DNA of 64,000 nt from Zancudomyces culisetae HAW-14-8 (taxonomy: Eukaryota > Fungi > Kickxellomycota): positions 1,612,001 through 1,676,000 of the forward strand of contig JBNJNM010000021.1 in the NCBI GenBank assembly GCA_052426225.1, written 5' to 3'. Shown piece after piece: positions 23,301 through 33,016 of this stretch. Position 1 is the first letter of the stretch, and every line of letters starts with the position of its first letter. The notes beneath the pieces were generated by a model, which searched no databases, was not told the DNA's origin, and worked only from the letters and a program-made list of their open reading frames with translations. The position numbers and the translations under genes are program-made.

Positions 23301-24704
23301 TTCGAAATAGAACACCTTCCTGGTAAGTTTAATCCCGCAGATGGATTATCAAGATTAGTAGATAATGTGCACGAGAATAACAACGAACTGGATGTGTTTG
23401 CAATGGAATATGTTGAATACGATGCAGTTAGACAATATTTAGCGGATTTATCTTATCCTAGTAATAGTAGCGAACAATACAGAAAAAAAATAAGAAATAA
23501 ATCGCGCCAATATCGTTTAAAAAACGGAAAGTTATTTAAAAGAGTAAAAAATATTTTAAAGGAAGTATTACATGAGCAAAATGTTAAAAATGTTGTAAAT
23601 GAAATCCACAATGCTGCACACGAAGGCATTGAAAATACGTGGAACAGAGTAAGTGCAATATACTGTGGACATAATTTATATAAAGATGTTTATGAGATAG
23701 TGAAGTGCTGCCACATCTGTCAGCTATATAAAGATGGTAGAACGAAAAAGTTTCCACTTGTACCAATCATTGCAAGAAAACCATTCGAAATAATTGGAAT
23801 GGATGCTATCGGACCTTTCACTCCAGAAACGACATCAGGAAACCGATTTATTCTTACGGCAATCGATTACTGTACTAAATGGCCGATTGCAGTTCCGGTA
23901 AAAAACATTCAAAGCGAAACAATTATCGACTTCTTAATCAACTATATTATAACTGAATATGGAGTACCTCATAGAATTATAACGGACAGGGGACCAGGAT
24001 TTATTAGCGATGCGACAACAGAAGTTTACAATTGGTTAGGATTAAGACATGCTCCTACAACACCTTACCGTCCACAGAGTAATGGTCAAGTAGAGAGACT
24101 CAATAGGACAGTGGTAAATATATTACAAAAACAGTGTATGTTGGATAAAAGCAATTGGGATTCACATTTATGGAAAACCATGTTAGTATTAAGAACAATG
24201 AAAAATAAATCAACGGGATACTCGCCTGCAGAAATGCTATATGGAATACAAATGGAAATACCATCAACATGGAAACCTAACGGTACAAACGAAAATGAAG
24301 AAGAGGAATTTAAAAACAGAATTCAACTAATAAAAGAGGATTTACCACAGATAAGAGAATTAGGAATAAAAGGCTCGGTAAAGGCTAAAAAGTACGATGA
24401 AGTAAGGTATAATCGTAAAGTAGAGATATATAATTTTAAAATTGGAGATTTTGTTTTGAAGTTGATAGAGTATGAACAGGCTAAGCTAGAAAGAGTTTGG
24501 GAGGGACCTTATAAAGTAGAAAACAGATTAGATAAAGGAACTTACATAATCAGCGATCAGTTCGGTAACAGAGACTTAGTACACGGCGATATATTAAAGC
24601 AATATAATACGAGTACATATATGATACCAGAAGTTACGACCACTTTAAAATCCAAACTACGCAGATTCAGGCAGAAAGCGCAGGATGAGGGCATCCACGC
24701 TTAA
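20322..24704 (+). CDS. Single-ORF Ty3/Gypsy gag-pol polyprotein (gag, CCHC, protease, RT, RNase H, integrase, GPY/F; no chromodomain)
   Basis: 1460 aa: CYYCHEDGHRKFEC, VDTGAACS, CADYRQLN, MPFGLTNSPATFQ, FIDDI, TTDAS, HNAAH..CHIC, GMDAIGP, TDRG, NGQVER, EGPY. Confidence 0.98.
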   Translation: MITPKTFESDKGTNPEDWAENYRLVAKQNSWEEQDWIDLVKLYLGKKEAIWYKKNKGLFTDWDTFSKLFIEKFRAKETKSQIWDKLRTIKHSDYNSIEELEYELELLCEKAGIVKDEIKLDLLVSTLKDEFKEKLEESGYKNWDKVIKYISNLERAEQGIYRKTEGKERVTKFKEITRNAASKQGRAIKDMSKEKEPYAAMIRKFEELSVNLLAKVDEVVEKKLKTYNLGSAQVYKCYYCHEDGHRKFECKKWKSLQNDEQSVKTGTNVNYIELVRTEDCQGQELFAVEKRKSDFRDITSEKRANKRINTAATPLDSSESTNTSDINKEVEKLNENIPLKAQVYKRYINKITDGTKKFSLKEELDKIYPKISLIQLLNSSPGLTAELVSICDKSNTAEINEIQLQPKKVTNCKAQVQIFGQNILAVVDTGAACSVVSSSMVEDWGLNVDENINQVIVTADGKRHAALGKVNKIPVKIASYIFPANLIVMNKNDGTLILGTDWLIQHKASINLRIPEIRFPIENAEVITRLVTSNISIEEESEIYLMIKEKPKGINEIQNTSIQKVLEEYNELFVEDISELQQTNVSEHRIEVTENTPIKLRPYRIPYRLQENVEVELQKMLQQGIIEPSNAEWCSPVVIVHKKDGKLRVCADYRQLNKITKKDCYPLPVIQDLFMALSGSAIFSSLDALSGFWQIRMSEHDKDKTTFALPGSGSYRYNVMPFGLTNSPATFQRTMEMVLKPVLWKKAVVFIDDIIVYSRTEEEHAEDLKDVLNLLKIHKIQLHKNKCSIGHREIEYLGHTISDKGIGTSPKKIEAIQNVKTPKSIKEIQSLLGLTGYYRRYIPNYAKVASPITKLLKKNEKWDWGEKQDKAVEDLKELLTTAPILGHPDWQKEFVITTDASILGIGAVLSQGEKGSEVVIEFASRTTNSAEKNYSISHLEALAVVWAVKKFKYYVWGRKFKIRTDHKSLIQIFNGPEITGRIARWAMILRNYDFEIEHLPGKFNPADGLSRLVDNVHENNNELDVFAMEYVEYDAVRQYLADLSYPSNSSEQYRKKIRNKSRQYRLKNGKLFKRVKNILKEVLHEQNVKNVVNEIHNAAHEGIENTWNRVSAIYCGHNLYKDVYEIVKCCHICQLYKDGRTKKFPLVPIIARKPFEIIGMDAIGPFTPETTSGNRFILTAIDYCTKWPIAVPVKNIQSETIIDFLINYIITEYGVPHRIITDRGPGFISDATTEVYNWLGLRHAPTTPYRPQSNGQVERLNRTVVNILQKQCMLDKSNWDSHLWKTMLVLRTMKNKSTGYSPAEMLYGIQMEIPSTWKPNGTNENEEEEFKNRIQLIKEDLPQIRELGIKGSVKAKKYDEVRYNRKVEIYNFKIGDFVLKLIEYEQAKLERVWEGPYKVENRLDKGTYIISDQFGNRDLVHGDILKQYNTSTYMIPEVTTTLKSKLRRFRQKAQDEGIHA

Positions 24705-25188
24705 AGAGGAGGGTACTGTCATATAGTGACATGAACCCTTGGTGATAAACTAATATTATATGTTTATCATCAAGTGAAATAATTAAATTATTAATATACT
24801 TTTAGTTTTAGTTTTTTTAGTATTCAATGAAACTGATTCATTGATGTTTTTTCTAAGAGTATTAGTTTATTACTCAATTAAATTGTTTCAGTATTAGTTT
24901 ATTTAGTTAGTATTAGTTCAATAGTTAGTTATTAGTATATTTATAATACTAGGAAAAGTATTTAAAGGGTTAGTTATTGCATAAGGAAATAAATATCATT
25001 CTATCATACAAGCTTTATAGTAGTAAATAAATAGTTATGATCAACTACAGATGTTTATATTAAGTTTATAATAGTTTCAACTAAGTTTATAATTTATAAC
25101 AATAATTATACGATACATATTATACATAATTAAATAAGAAAAATATAAATAATTATAAGTAAAATTTAATTATACAACAAAACACATG

Positions 25189-25259
25189 GCGTTAGTAGTA
25201 TAGCGGTAGAATAGTTGCCTTCCAAGCAATTGGCCCGGGTTCGACTCCTGGCTGACGCA
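25189..25259 (+). tRNA. tRNA-Gly (anticodon TCC), intronless
   Basis: Acceptor GCGTTAG/CTGACGC+A; anticodon arm GTTGC-CTTCCAA-GCAAT; T arm CCGGG-TTCGACT-CCTGG; A and B boxes present. Confidence 0.96.
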
Positions 25260-25263
25260 TTCG

Positions 25264-25268
25264 TTTTT
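25264..25268 (+). terminator. RNA polymerase III terminator (T5)
   Basis: TTTTT starting 5 nt after the tRNA discriminator. Confidence 0.75.
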
Positions 25269-28150
25269 AACAATATTAACATTTTTAACATTTTTAGTTT
25301 ATGTTCTAATCTTAGTATAATGGCTACTTATTTTTGCTAGCGAATCAGTTGCGATTCTTTAGCAGAAGATAACTACTAATGAGAGCAAGCGGAATAAATA
25401 GTAAAAATGATCTAATATAGTAAAGTGAATATCAAAGCGAATATAACGAGAGCGGACAACGACAATAGCATCTTTAGCCTTTCTTAACTGATAATACTTT
25501 ACATATACGTTTTTTTATACTTACCCATAGCAAATAGCACTTGAAACTGATATAGTTTACTTAGTGTTATATTATTATTAGAACAATAATAAAAGCTATT
25601 AAAAATATATCTATTACGGCAATCAGAACCAGTGAAGTGATCCGCGACCTGAGTATAACTGACATAATCAGTGCTATACCAAACTCAGCCATCACATTAG
25701 CTGAAAAAATATATCAGATAACTTATAATATCTACAATATATTACAAAATCTAAATATGTATAATTACTTCATGTTTACATATTTCTCCAGTTCTAATTC
25801 TTCAAGTTATAAATGAAACTATGCCAAATTTATATTATCAATTTAACCTCAATTTAATTTAATGTAACATAATACAAATTAACCATCTGCAATCTGAGAC
25901 AAATGATTTGTCAATTTAACCATCTAATGACTTTGAATTTATATCAAAATCCAATAATAGCGAAATCACAGAACTCATAATTAAACGGAATCAAAATAAT
26001 AAATTATGAAACTACATGATTAAAGAAAACGTCAAATAAACAAGAATGAAGCAATCTTAAGCCTTCAACACTGGTCGTTAATAGCATTATGTTTGTGATT
26101 TTTTTTGATAAGTAAGATTCTACATAGGAAAATGTTATAGAAGAAAAACACAGATAAAATGTAAAAACCTTTTCGAAATCCATTCAAATGAACTTCAGTG
26201 TAAAAATTTCTATTCTCTATTGAATATTATACTTATCTAAATAACAAATAACAAATAGAATTCTATTTTTATGGTCAAGTCATTAGATTTAATAGAAGTC
26301 CGCTAGCTCTTAATAAAATGAACAAGCAATTAACAATCCAGGTCAATATAGAGTGTTGAATAAGCTGCAAACAGTTTTAAAGTGGAAGAAAGGCTGTTAT
26401 TTGACTTTATCAAATTTCTGGCGGAAATTAGTCGAAACAATGGATTAAAACCTGAATAAATTTATTTAAATTTTTGAAATACTGAAAATTGTAGCAAAAG
26501 TAGCTGAGCAAGCAGAAAAATATATGACATAATTTTTTCTAAACTGAAATAAAAGAAGTTTTTTAAAATATATAACTATTAATAACATAAGTATTAAGCG
26601 TATAATAGATAAAATAATACAATGGGAGGAAATATCTAAACCATTTCTCCCAAGCCATATGGCAAAATTATGATGACTATTGGCATTAGCTGGATTTCTA
26701 AGAAATTAGATATAGCCTGGATCGACAATAAAAGAAGAACTATAGAGGATGACAGATATTATTTACGATAGCAGAACCTAAGGAATAAAGAGGTGGTCAT
26801 GCGATAATGTAGCAAGTAGTGATTCTAAGCCATTAAGTGTCGATATAATGTCCTGTGGTGACTTATATTGTTCAAACAAAATTTGGGAATAAAATAATGT
26901 ACTCTCATCACAAAATTTTCTGAAATTATCCTATTTAGTTATTACGACATATATGCAACTATTACAAGTACATGAAATGATTCATTTGGAGATTTTAAGT
27001 TTGACTAATTTTAAAATTACACTAATAAAGACAATCAATTAAAATAAGGGTAGTAGAAACAACAACAGTCTACAACTCAGAAATGAAAGATAATAAAATA
27101 GTAGGTAATGATGAATGGTTTAAATATTGCTATGTTTAAAAACTATTATTGTTTGTATCGGACAGAGGATTTGGAATGACTAAATCAGTCCTTAGGATGT
27201 GAATTACACACATGATACCACTCTGAAGATTTTGTGCAATTAATTGAATTTATGAAGTTTAAATTTTATAGTTGTTTGAAGTTTACCAGTTTCTCCCTTC
27301 ATTAATTCATATATTAAATAATTGGTGAAATACAAGTCGATATATGTAAAAAAAGTATTCAAAAAAATAATTATTACACATCTCGTTTCGTTTATTTATA
27401 GTTATTCATATAATATATTTATATTTACTATAAAGGTATAGGGTTGAAGATTATCAAAAGAATAATAAGGTACAACGTTACAAATTCAAAACACCATTTA
27501 TGCAAAATAAAAATTAGTGATATGAATTAATCATTTTATTTCTAGCTATATATGCTTTGACATAACCTAATAAAACGATTCACAAACACGATACTACTGA
27601 GTATAGTATACATTAAACTTCAAAATCCTTTTAATTGTACTAAAGATAAGTGTACAAATTCGAAATTTCAGACTATCCATTTTACTATTTAGATGAAAAC
27701 TATGGATATGCATTATTAAAAGTTACTAAATATATAGATTAATAAAAATATTTCTGCAATAACTGGATTTTATTAAGCCCTCTAATTTTCATTCTTGTAT
27801 ATCGTATTTATAATCCTCTTCATTTATAACTAAATTTGATGTTAATCTTTTCTCCTATAATCTTTTATCATCTGGTTATTTCTGTTAATGTGCAATATAT
27901 AATTGACTTTTCACTTTTTTATCTTAAACAACTGAATCTTAACATCTATTTATCTCTACTATTTTTTTTTATTCTAATGTTAATTTTGTCAATTATATAT
28001 ACAAAACAAAATTCTGAAACAGTATTAAAATACATAAAAAAACACCAATAAATGCATATATATACAAATAAAATGCCTATAAACCTTTTAATCTTGAAAT
28101 ACATTATTATCGTTGTATTAATTTACAAGCCCATTACCGCCATGATTGCC

Positions 28151-29224
28151 TCATATATTTTGTGATTCCCTACTACTTTCAACAACTACGCAAAGTGCTA
28201 ATTCATTATTACATTCATAACTTGCACTAGATTCAAACCCTCCATCACTCTCGTAATCGCTTGTGTTATTTCCTAGCTCACGATGATTTTCAGTTTTTTT
28301 CTTTCTACGCGTTATCCTCGATAAATGCGCTTTTAGATTATGAAGCTCTCTATCATCCAGTAATGTTCTCTTTATAATTGGATCCCCAAAAAATAAATAA
28401 GTAACACCCAACTCACCTAAAGCCGCCACTGCTTCCTGAATCCTGTACGCCAACGATGGAACCGGTTGACCACTTGCCTCCACTGCTATATTGATTAAAA
28501 TAGAAACTAGAACAAATATAGGAAGGATTGGAAACCACAATAGCCTCATGAACGTTTTTCTTAGTAATGTGTTGTTATATTTTTTGTTTATATTTTTAAT
28601 ACGTTTTCGAAAACCAGCTTGACTCTTGTATTTTTTATGGGATGGTTCGCGGTGCTCCGCTATCCCGCGAAAAAGCATTATCAAAAGAACTAGCATTATG
28701 ATGGTGCTTAGACCACATATCGTATAGAATGATATTATGACTTTTTGAAATTTTGTATCACCCAAAAAAAGATAGCCACATCTTTTTAACTCAGTTTGAT
28801 CTTCTTCATCTCCAAGAAAAAACTGTACAAGAGATAATACGGATATAGCTGCTGCAAAAATGTAATACCACATCTCGTACCGCTGTAAATTCTTCCGATG
28901 AAACCTGAGTATTAGTACCAAATGAAATGTAAGTTCTACGCCTACAACAACGTAAAACATCACAAAATACTGAAGAACTATAGTTATAGATCTGCAGAAA
29001 TCTGAATACCCGTCATTTATCAAGAGCAGAAGATGTGCAGTAAGCCAAATAATACCAGAAGCTTGTATGATTACTATCTGCCTGATAATCACTCTGTTGA
29101 CTGCTTTTCCATCGACTAGTAGAAGGAAGAAATACCAAAAAACAGTGAATGAGCCTGTGACTATGACAATTGTAATGATGATAAATTCAAATATTATTGC
29201 TGTGGGATATTTATGGGTGGCCAT
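28151..29224 (-). CDS. Seven-transmembrane GPCR-like protein (cAMP-receptor/Git3-like architecture)
   Basis: 357-aa intronless ORF with about seven hydrophobic helices, Cys at the start of TM3 and in ECL2, basic third loop, RLLWFPILP in TM6. Confidence 0.6.
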   Translation of the reverse strand: MATHKYPTAIIFEFIIITIVIVTGSFTVFWYFFLLLVDGKAVNRVIIRQIVIIQASGIIWLTAHLLLLINDGYSDFCRSITIVLQYFVMFYVVVGVELTFHLVLILRFHRKNLQRYEMWYYIFAAAISVLSLVQFFLGDEEDQTELKRCGYLFLGDTKFQKVIISFYTICGLSTIIMLVLLIMLFRGIAEHREPSHKKYKSQAGFRKRIKNINKKYNNTLLRKTFMRLLWFPILPIFVLVSILINIAVEASGQPVPSLAYRIQEAVAALGELGVTYLFFGDPIIKRTLLDDRELHNLKAHLSRITRRKKKTENHRELGNNTSDYESDGGFESSASYECNNELALCVVVESSRESQNI

Positions 29225-32200
29225 TCCTGTATTCTTTTTCCTCTATTTTATTTTTTTTGACAAAGTTATTCAAAGCTTAATGAACATAATATTTACTAAT
29301 GCTGACTCATTCGAAATATTCTTTTTTATAGGCCTCTAGCTGATTTATTCTGGAGTATTTTTCTTGAAGCTTTTTAAAACTGACTAGGTTATAAAGCGAA
29401 TAATTATATTCTAATTGAATCAGCTAGATTGTGAAAAATTTAAAAGAAAGAAAGAATTATTATTCTTCAATAAAGATATTTGGAATACGATGGTATTAAA
29501 AATATGTAGCTATGAATATTCAAATTTTACTTTGAATTTTTAACTTTTTTGAGCTCAGATTACGTATACCAATCTTTGGATGTAGTGTTTTGTGTAAATC
29601 CACTTATCAATTATATTTTTAAGCAATAAAGTTGCTTTCCTACTTTCCTGGAAAAAAGGGAAAACAAAATTAACAATAGTATCATTATTACAAATTTTCA
29701 ATTAACCCATTCCCCACACTTAAAGGCAACTGAACATATTATTTGCTCAAAAAGTCCTAGTATTCACTTTAAAGTTGTAATTTAATTGTACCATAGTTTT
29801 CAGCTGGTTAAAAAGTATTGTTTTTTTATGACTTGTTTTTATTAAACCGTCGTTCATTCCGGAAATCATTATTTTAGTTGTTTGCTTTAATGAGAAAATG
29901 GTTTTATGTTTTAAATAGCGGTTTCCCGTTTCAATTAATTATTCCTATTGTGAGTTTCCAAATGTTTTATAACTTGAGAATAGTGCATATTTAACAAAAA
30001 AAATAAAACCATATCGTTTAGACGTTCCGTAAACAACCTATGGTGTGTGTATTTATTTTTTACAAGTTAAAACCAATATTATTGTAATATTACTTTTAGT
30101 AGTTTTTTGTTTGGAAAAGTTTACAATTCTTTGCTTACTAGATGGAAATTGAAATATACCTCATACTACTCTAGAAATTAGATTACAGTTGCCTCACGAT
30201 GTTAACAAATTATTCCCAACGTTTTCCTTACTATGCACGTTAATTAAACACTATAACGTTATTTCTAAAAATAATCAGGAATTATTTTAAATGAAGTTCT
30301 CAATTAGACATCGTTTTAACTACTCTGAAAGTTATAATTCCCTTTTTCTTAAAAGTTGATTAGCCATAATCAATTTTAAGCTAGGTTACTAACTTTAATC
30401 TATCTTGTAATACAAGTTAGGGTATTCTTGTGTATATTAGCAGAAACTTTGGAATTAGCAAAAATGTTTATTGAGCTTTTTGATAGTTTGAGTCTTTTAA
30501 ACAATAATTATCACTGATTAGAATAATCAAAAAAAACAAATTTTTTTATTAGAACCATGAAAACCCATAATAGTTTGAGGAATATAGAATTCTTAATATC
30601 TTAGTCTAAAAGAGTAATATTATCCAGATTAGAAATTATTTGAAAGATATGAATAATCTAAAAAAAGTAGAACTGATATATTGAAATCACTATAACTTAC
30701 AGATTTGGTTTCAGCAATGATGCTAAAATACCTGGAATCTGCATAAAAAAATTCACCAAAGTAATAGAGCTGTTTTGCAGAATGTGTTCAAATGCAAATG
30801 CAAAACAAATGCTCCAGATGTATGATCAGAATAAAAAGCATCAAATTAATCGGATTGTTATTTCTGAACCAACGCCCTGTGGGGATTCACTACCTATAGG
30901 GGAGGTAGAAACCGGTAAAGTAGATATTATGTGTGATAGTTATTGTAGTTTTAGTTCTGCTTATCTAATAACCACAAAAAATACAAATAAACAATCAGTA
31001 TATGCTAGCGTTTAGTACATTTAGGATTATAACTACCATTAAATTTTGTCAAATTTTCAAAATTCGATTTTTGAAATAAATAAATGATAAAGAGTGGGGA
31101 GGATTTAAAAAACCTCGATTTTTATTGCAACAACTGATAATGTCACCTGAATTTTGCAGTAAATAAAGACGTTTGTTTGTAATTATAATAATAGGTTATA
31201 TTGTTATTTTTAATATTTTCAATTGGATTGACCACAGAATCACCCGATGAAACAAAGCTGTGACTAATCAAACTATGACAAAAGGTTATAAACGGAGTTT
31301 AATTTATAGTATTAATAAAAATAGATGTTAAATAAACTCAATACAGTACAAGAAAGCTAAAAGGGTATTTTTTCTGCAGTGCTTACGTTTTTGAATTTAA
31401 AGAGCATTGATGACTACATATATTGCTTCTTTCAAGTCCCCTTCATTTGATTTTTTAATATAAACTTTTTTTGTGATTAATTCTGATTTTTAGTGCAACT
31501 ATGTTTAGCAATGAGCTAGTAATTTGATGCGTTTTTTTACGCTATAACCAGGTAGCAGAAGATTTGTTCGGATAATATCATGGTGTTACAATTATAAAAT
31601 TTAGACGTTAATCAATTGAAAAATAAATGACTTTACAGCTACTCATTTCGCTATTGGTCTTTTCTAGTAAAGCGGGGGAAACGGAAAGGGGTTGAGTATT
31701 TTGTGCAATTTAGAAATTAAATATGTTTACAATGAAAAGATATCATTATACTTGTGATATAATACTAGTCTTTAAACTCTAAACGATGGTTGATTTAGAA
31801 ATACAGCTACTGAATTTCAAGATAATTCTTGAAAATATGTTAATTCATTGTTGTTCAGAAATTGCACCAGAAAACAAGGTAAACATTGTATATTCGTATT
31901 AAAGATATATAGAATATTCATTAGTGTTGCTTGCTCAGCTTTTTTGCGATAAGTACAGGTGCTATTTTATAGTTATTCTTAGCATCTGAATCGATGTATA
32001 TTATTCGATTTTATGTTCATAATATCCCGACTTTTTCTATACTACATTGAATTTTATAATCATAAACAATTCAAAGTTCTGGTGTAACATTAATTAACAA
32101 ATGAAATAGCAAATTGTTGAGAATTATAATCAATACAACTATAAAACCAAACATAAAATTGATATTATACTAATAATTACCAAAAAAAGCAAAAGTACAT

Positions 32201-33016
32201 AAACTCATTCACCAACTGGATATAGAGTTGTGTATATCTACTATGCTTCTAATCAAAATCATTTGTTAATTGGTATAATAAATATTAATTTTTATTCGCT
32301 AAAACGACCAAAATATTCACTGCATTTACCAAGACGATTTTCCTCAACTAACTACAAATATATTAATATCCTCACTTAAACTGTAACATCCATCCTTTCC
32401 ACAACACTCCATAATCGTTAGCTTGCTAAAAATCAAACCGAAATTAATACAAAGTCTATTGTCACATTCATCTAGTATCTGAAACATTTTATTTTATAAA
32501 CATCAATTACGCGTAGTTTGTCAGTTTTCAAAACTCAAGCCAAACTATCTATTTCGATTTATAACCTGTCAACCAGTTTCTTGTCATATAGTTTTACGTG
32601 ATATTTATCTAGTAACTTCATCGAGTAAAATAAGCTAGTCTATCATGGAAATTCATGTCCGATTTTCTAGCAGGGCATAGATAAATGTCGCAATTTAATC
32701 GATTTTCTCCAAACAGAGCAATAATAAAATAATTATTAAATAATCAACATTGTGATGTGAACCGCAAAATTAGCACTTTATAGCTATGAATTAGCCGGGT
32801 CTTTGGTTTTTGCCGGAGGTTGTTTAACAGCTCCGATGAAACGACCCGTAATCGCCGAAATTAATATTAAATTTCAAAAAAAAACAATAACAAAGTACAG
32901 TGATTTCATTTTTTTTAAAAAAGTATATAAACTGCAAGGTGTTGAAGGCAAGTTCAAAACAAGAAACTCTCGTCACTACCCCTTTAAACCGTTTTATTAA
33001 TAAAAACAAAGCAAAA

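Larger units (their letters stand above)
19777..25179 (+). mobile_element. Gypsy element C: intact, with identical 463-bp LTRs (19777-20239, 24717-25179)
   Basis: LTRs TGTCA...CAACA identical by eye; 4-bp TSD AAAC (19773-19776, 25180-25183); PBS TGGCGCTCCCAGCTAGGC at 20241; PPT AAAGAGGAGGG at 24703; single uninterrupted ORF. Confidence 0.98.

Noticed and set aside
9154-25259. Integron-like cassette array or true CRISPR-type acquisition system
   Set aside because: The units have LTR termini and TSDs, and three carry their own integrase sequence. No shared recombination site or dedicated acquisition gene is present; the analogy is only in polarity.
25300-27300. Slightly GC-richer patches that may be a decayed gene or DNA transposon (also 30600-31015 and 34650-34920)
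   Set aside because: No sustained frame, motif, TIR or TSD could be identified.
32900-33016. 39-aa N-terminal extension of NamZ in the ORF track
   Set aside because: Non-ATG start overlapping the TATA box. ATG 33017 has AAAATG context and begins a signal-peptide-like sequence.
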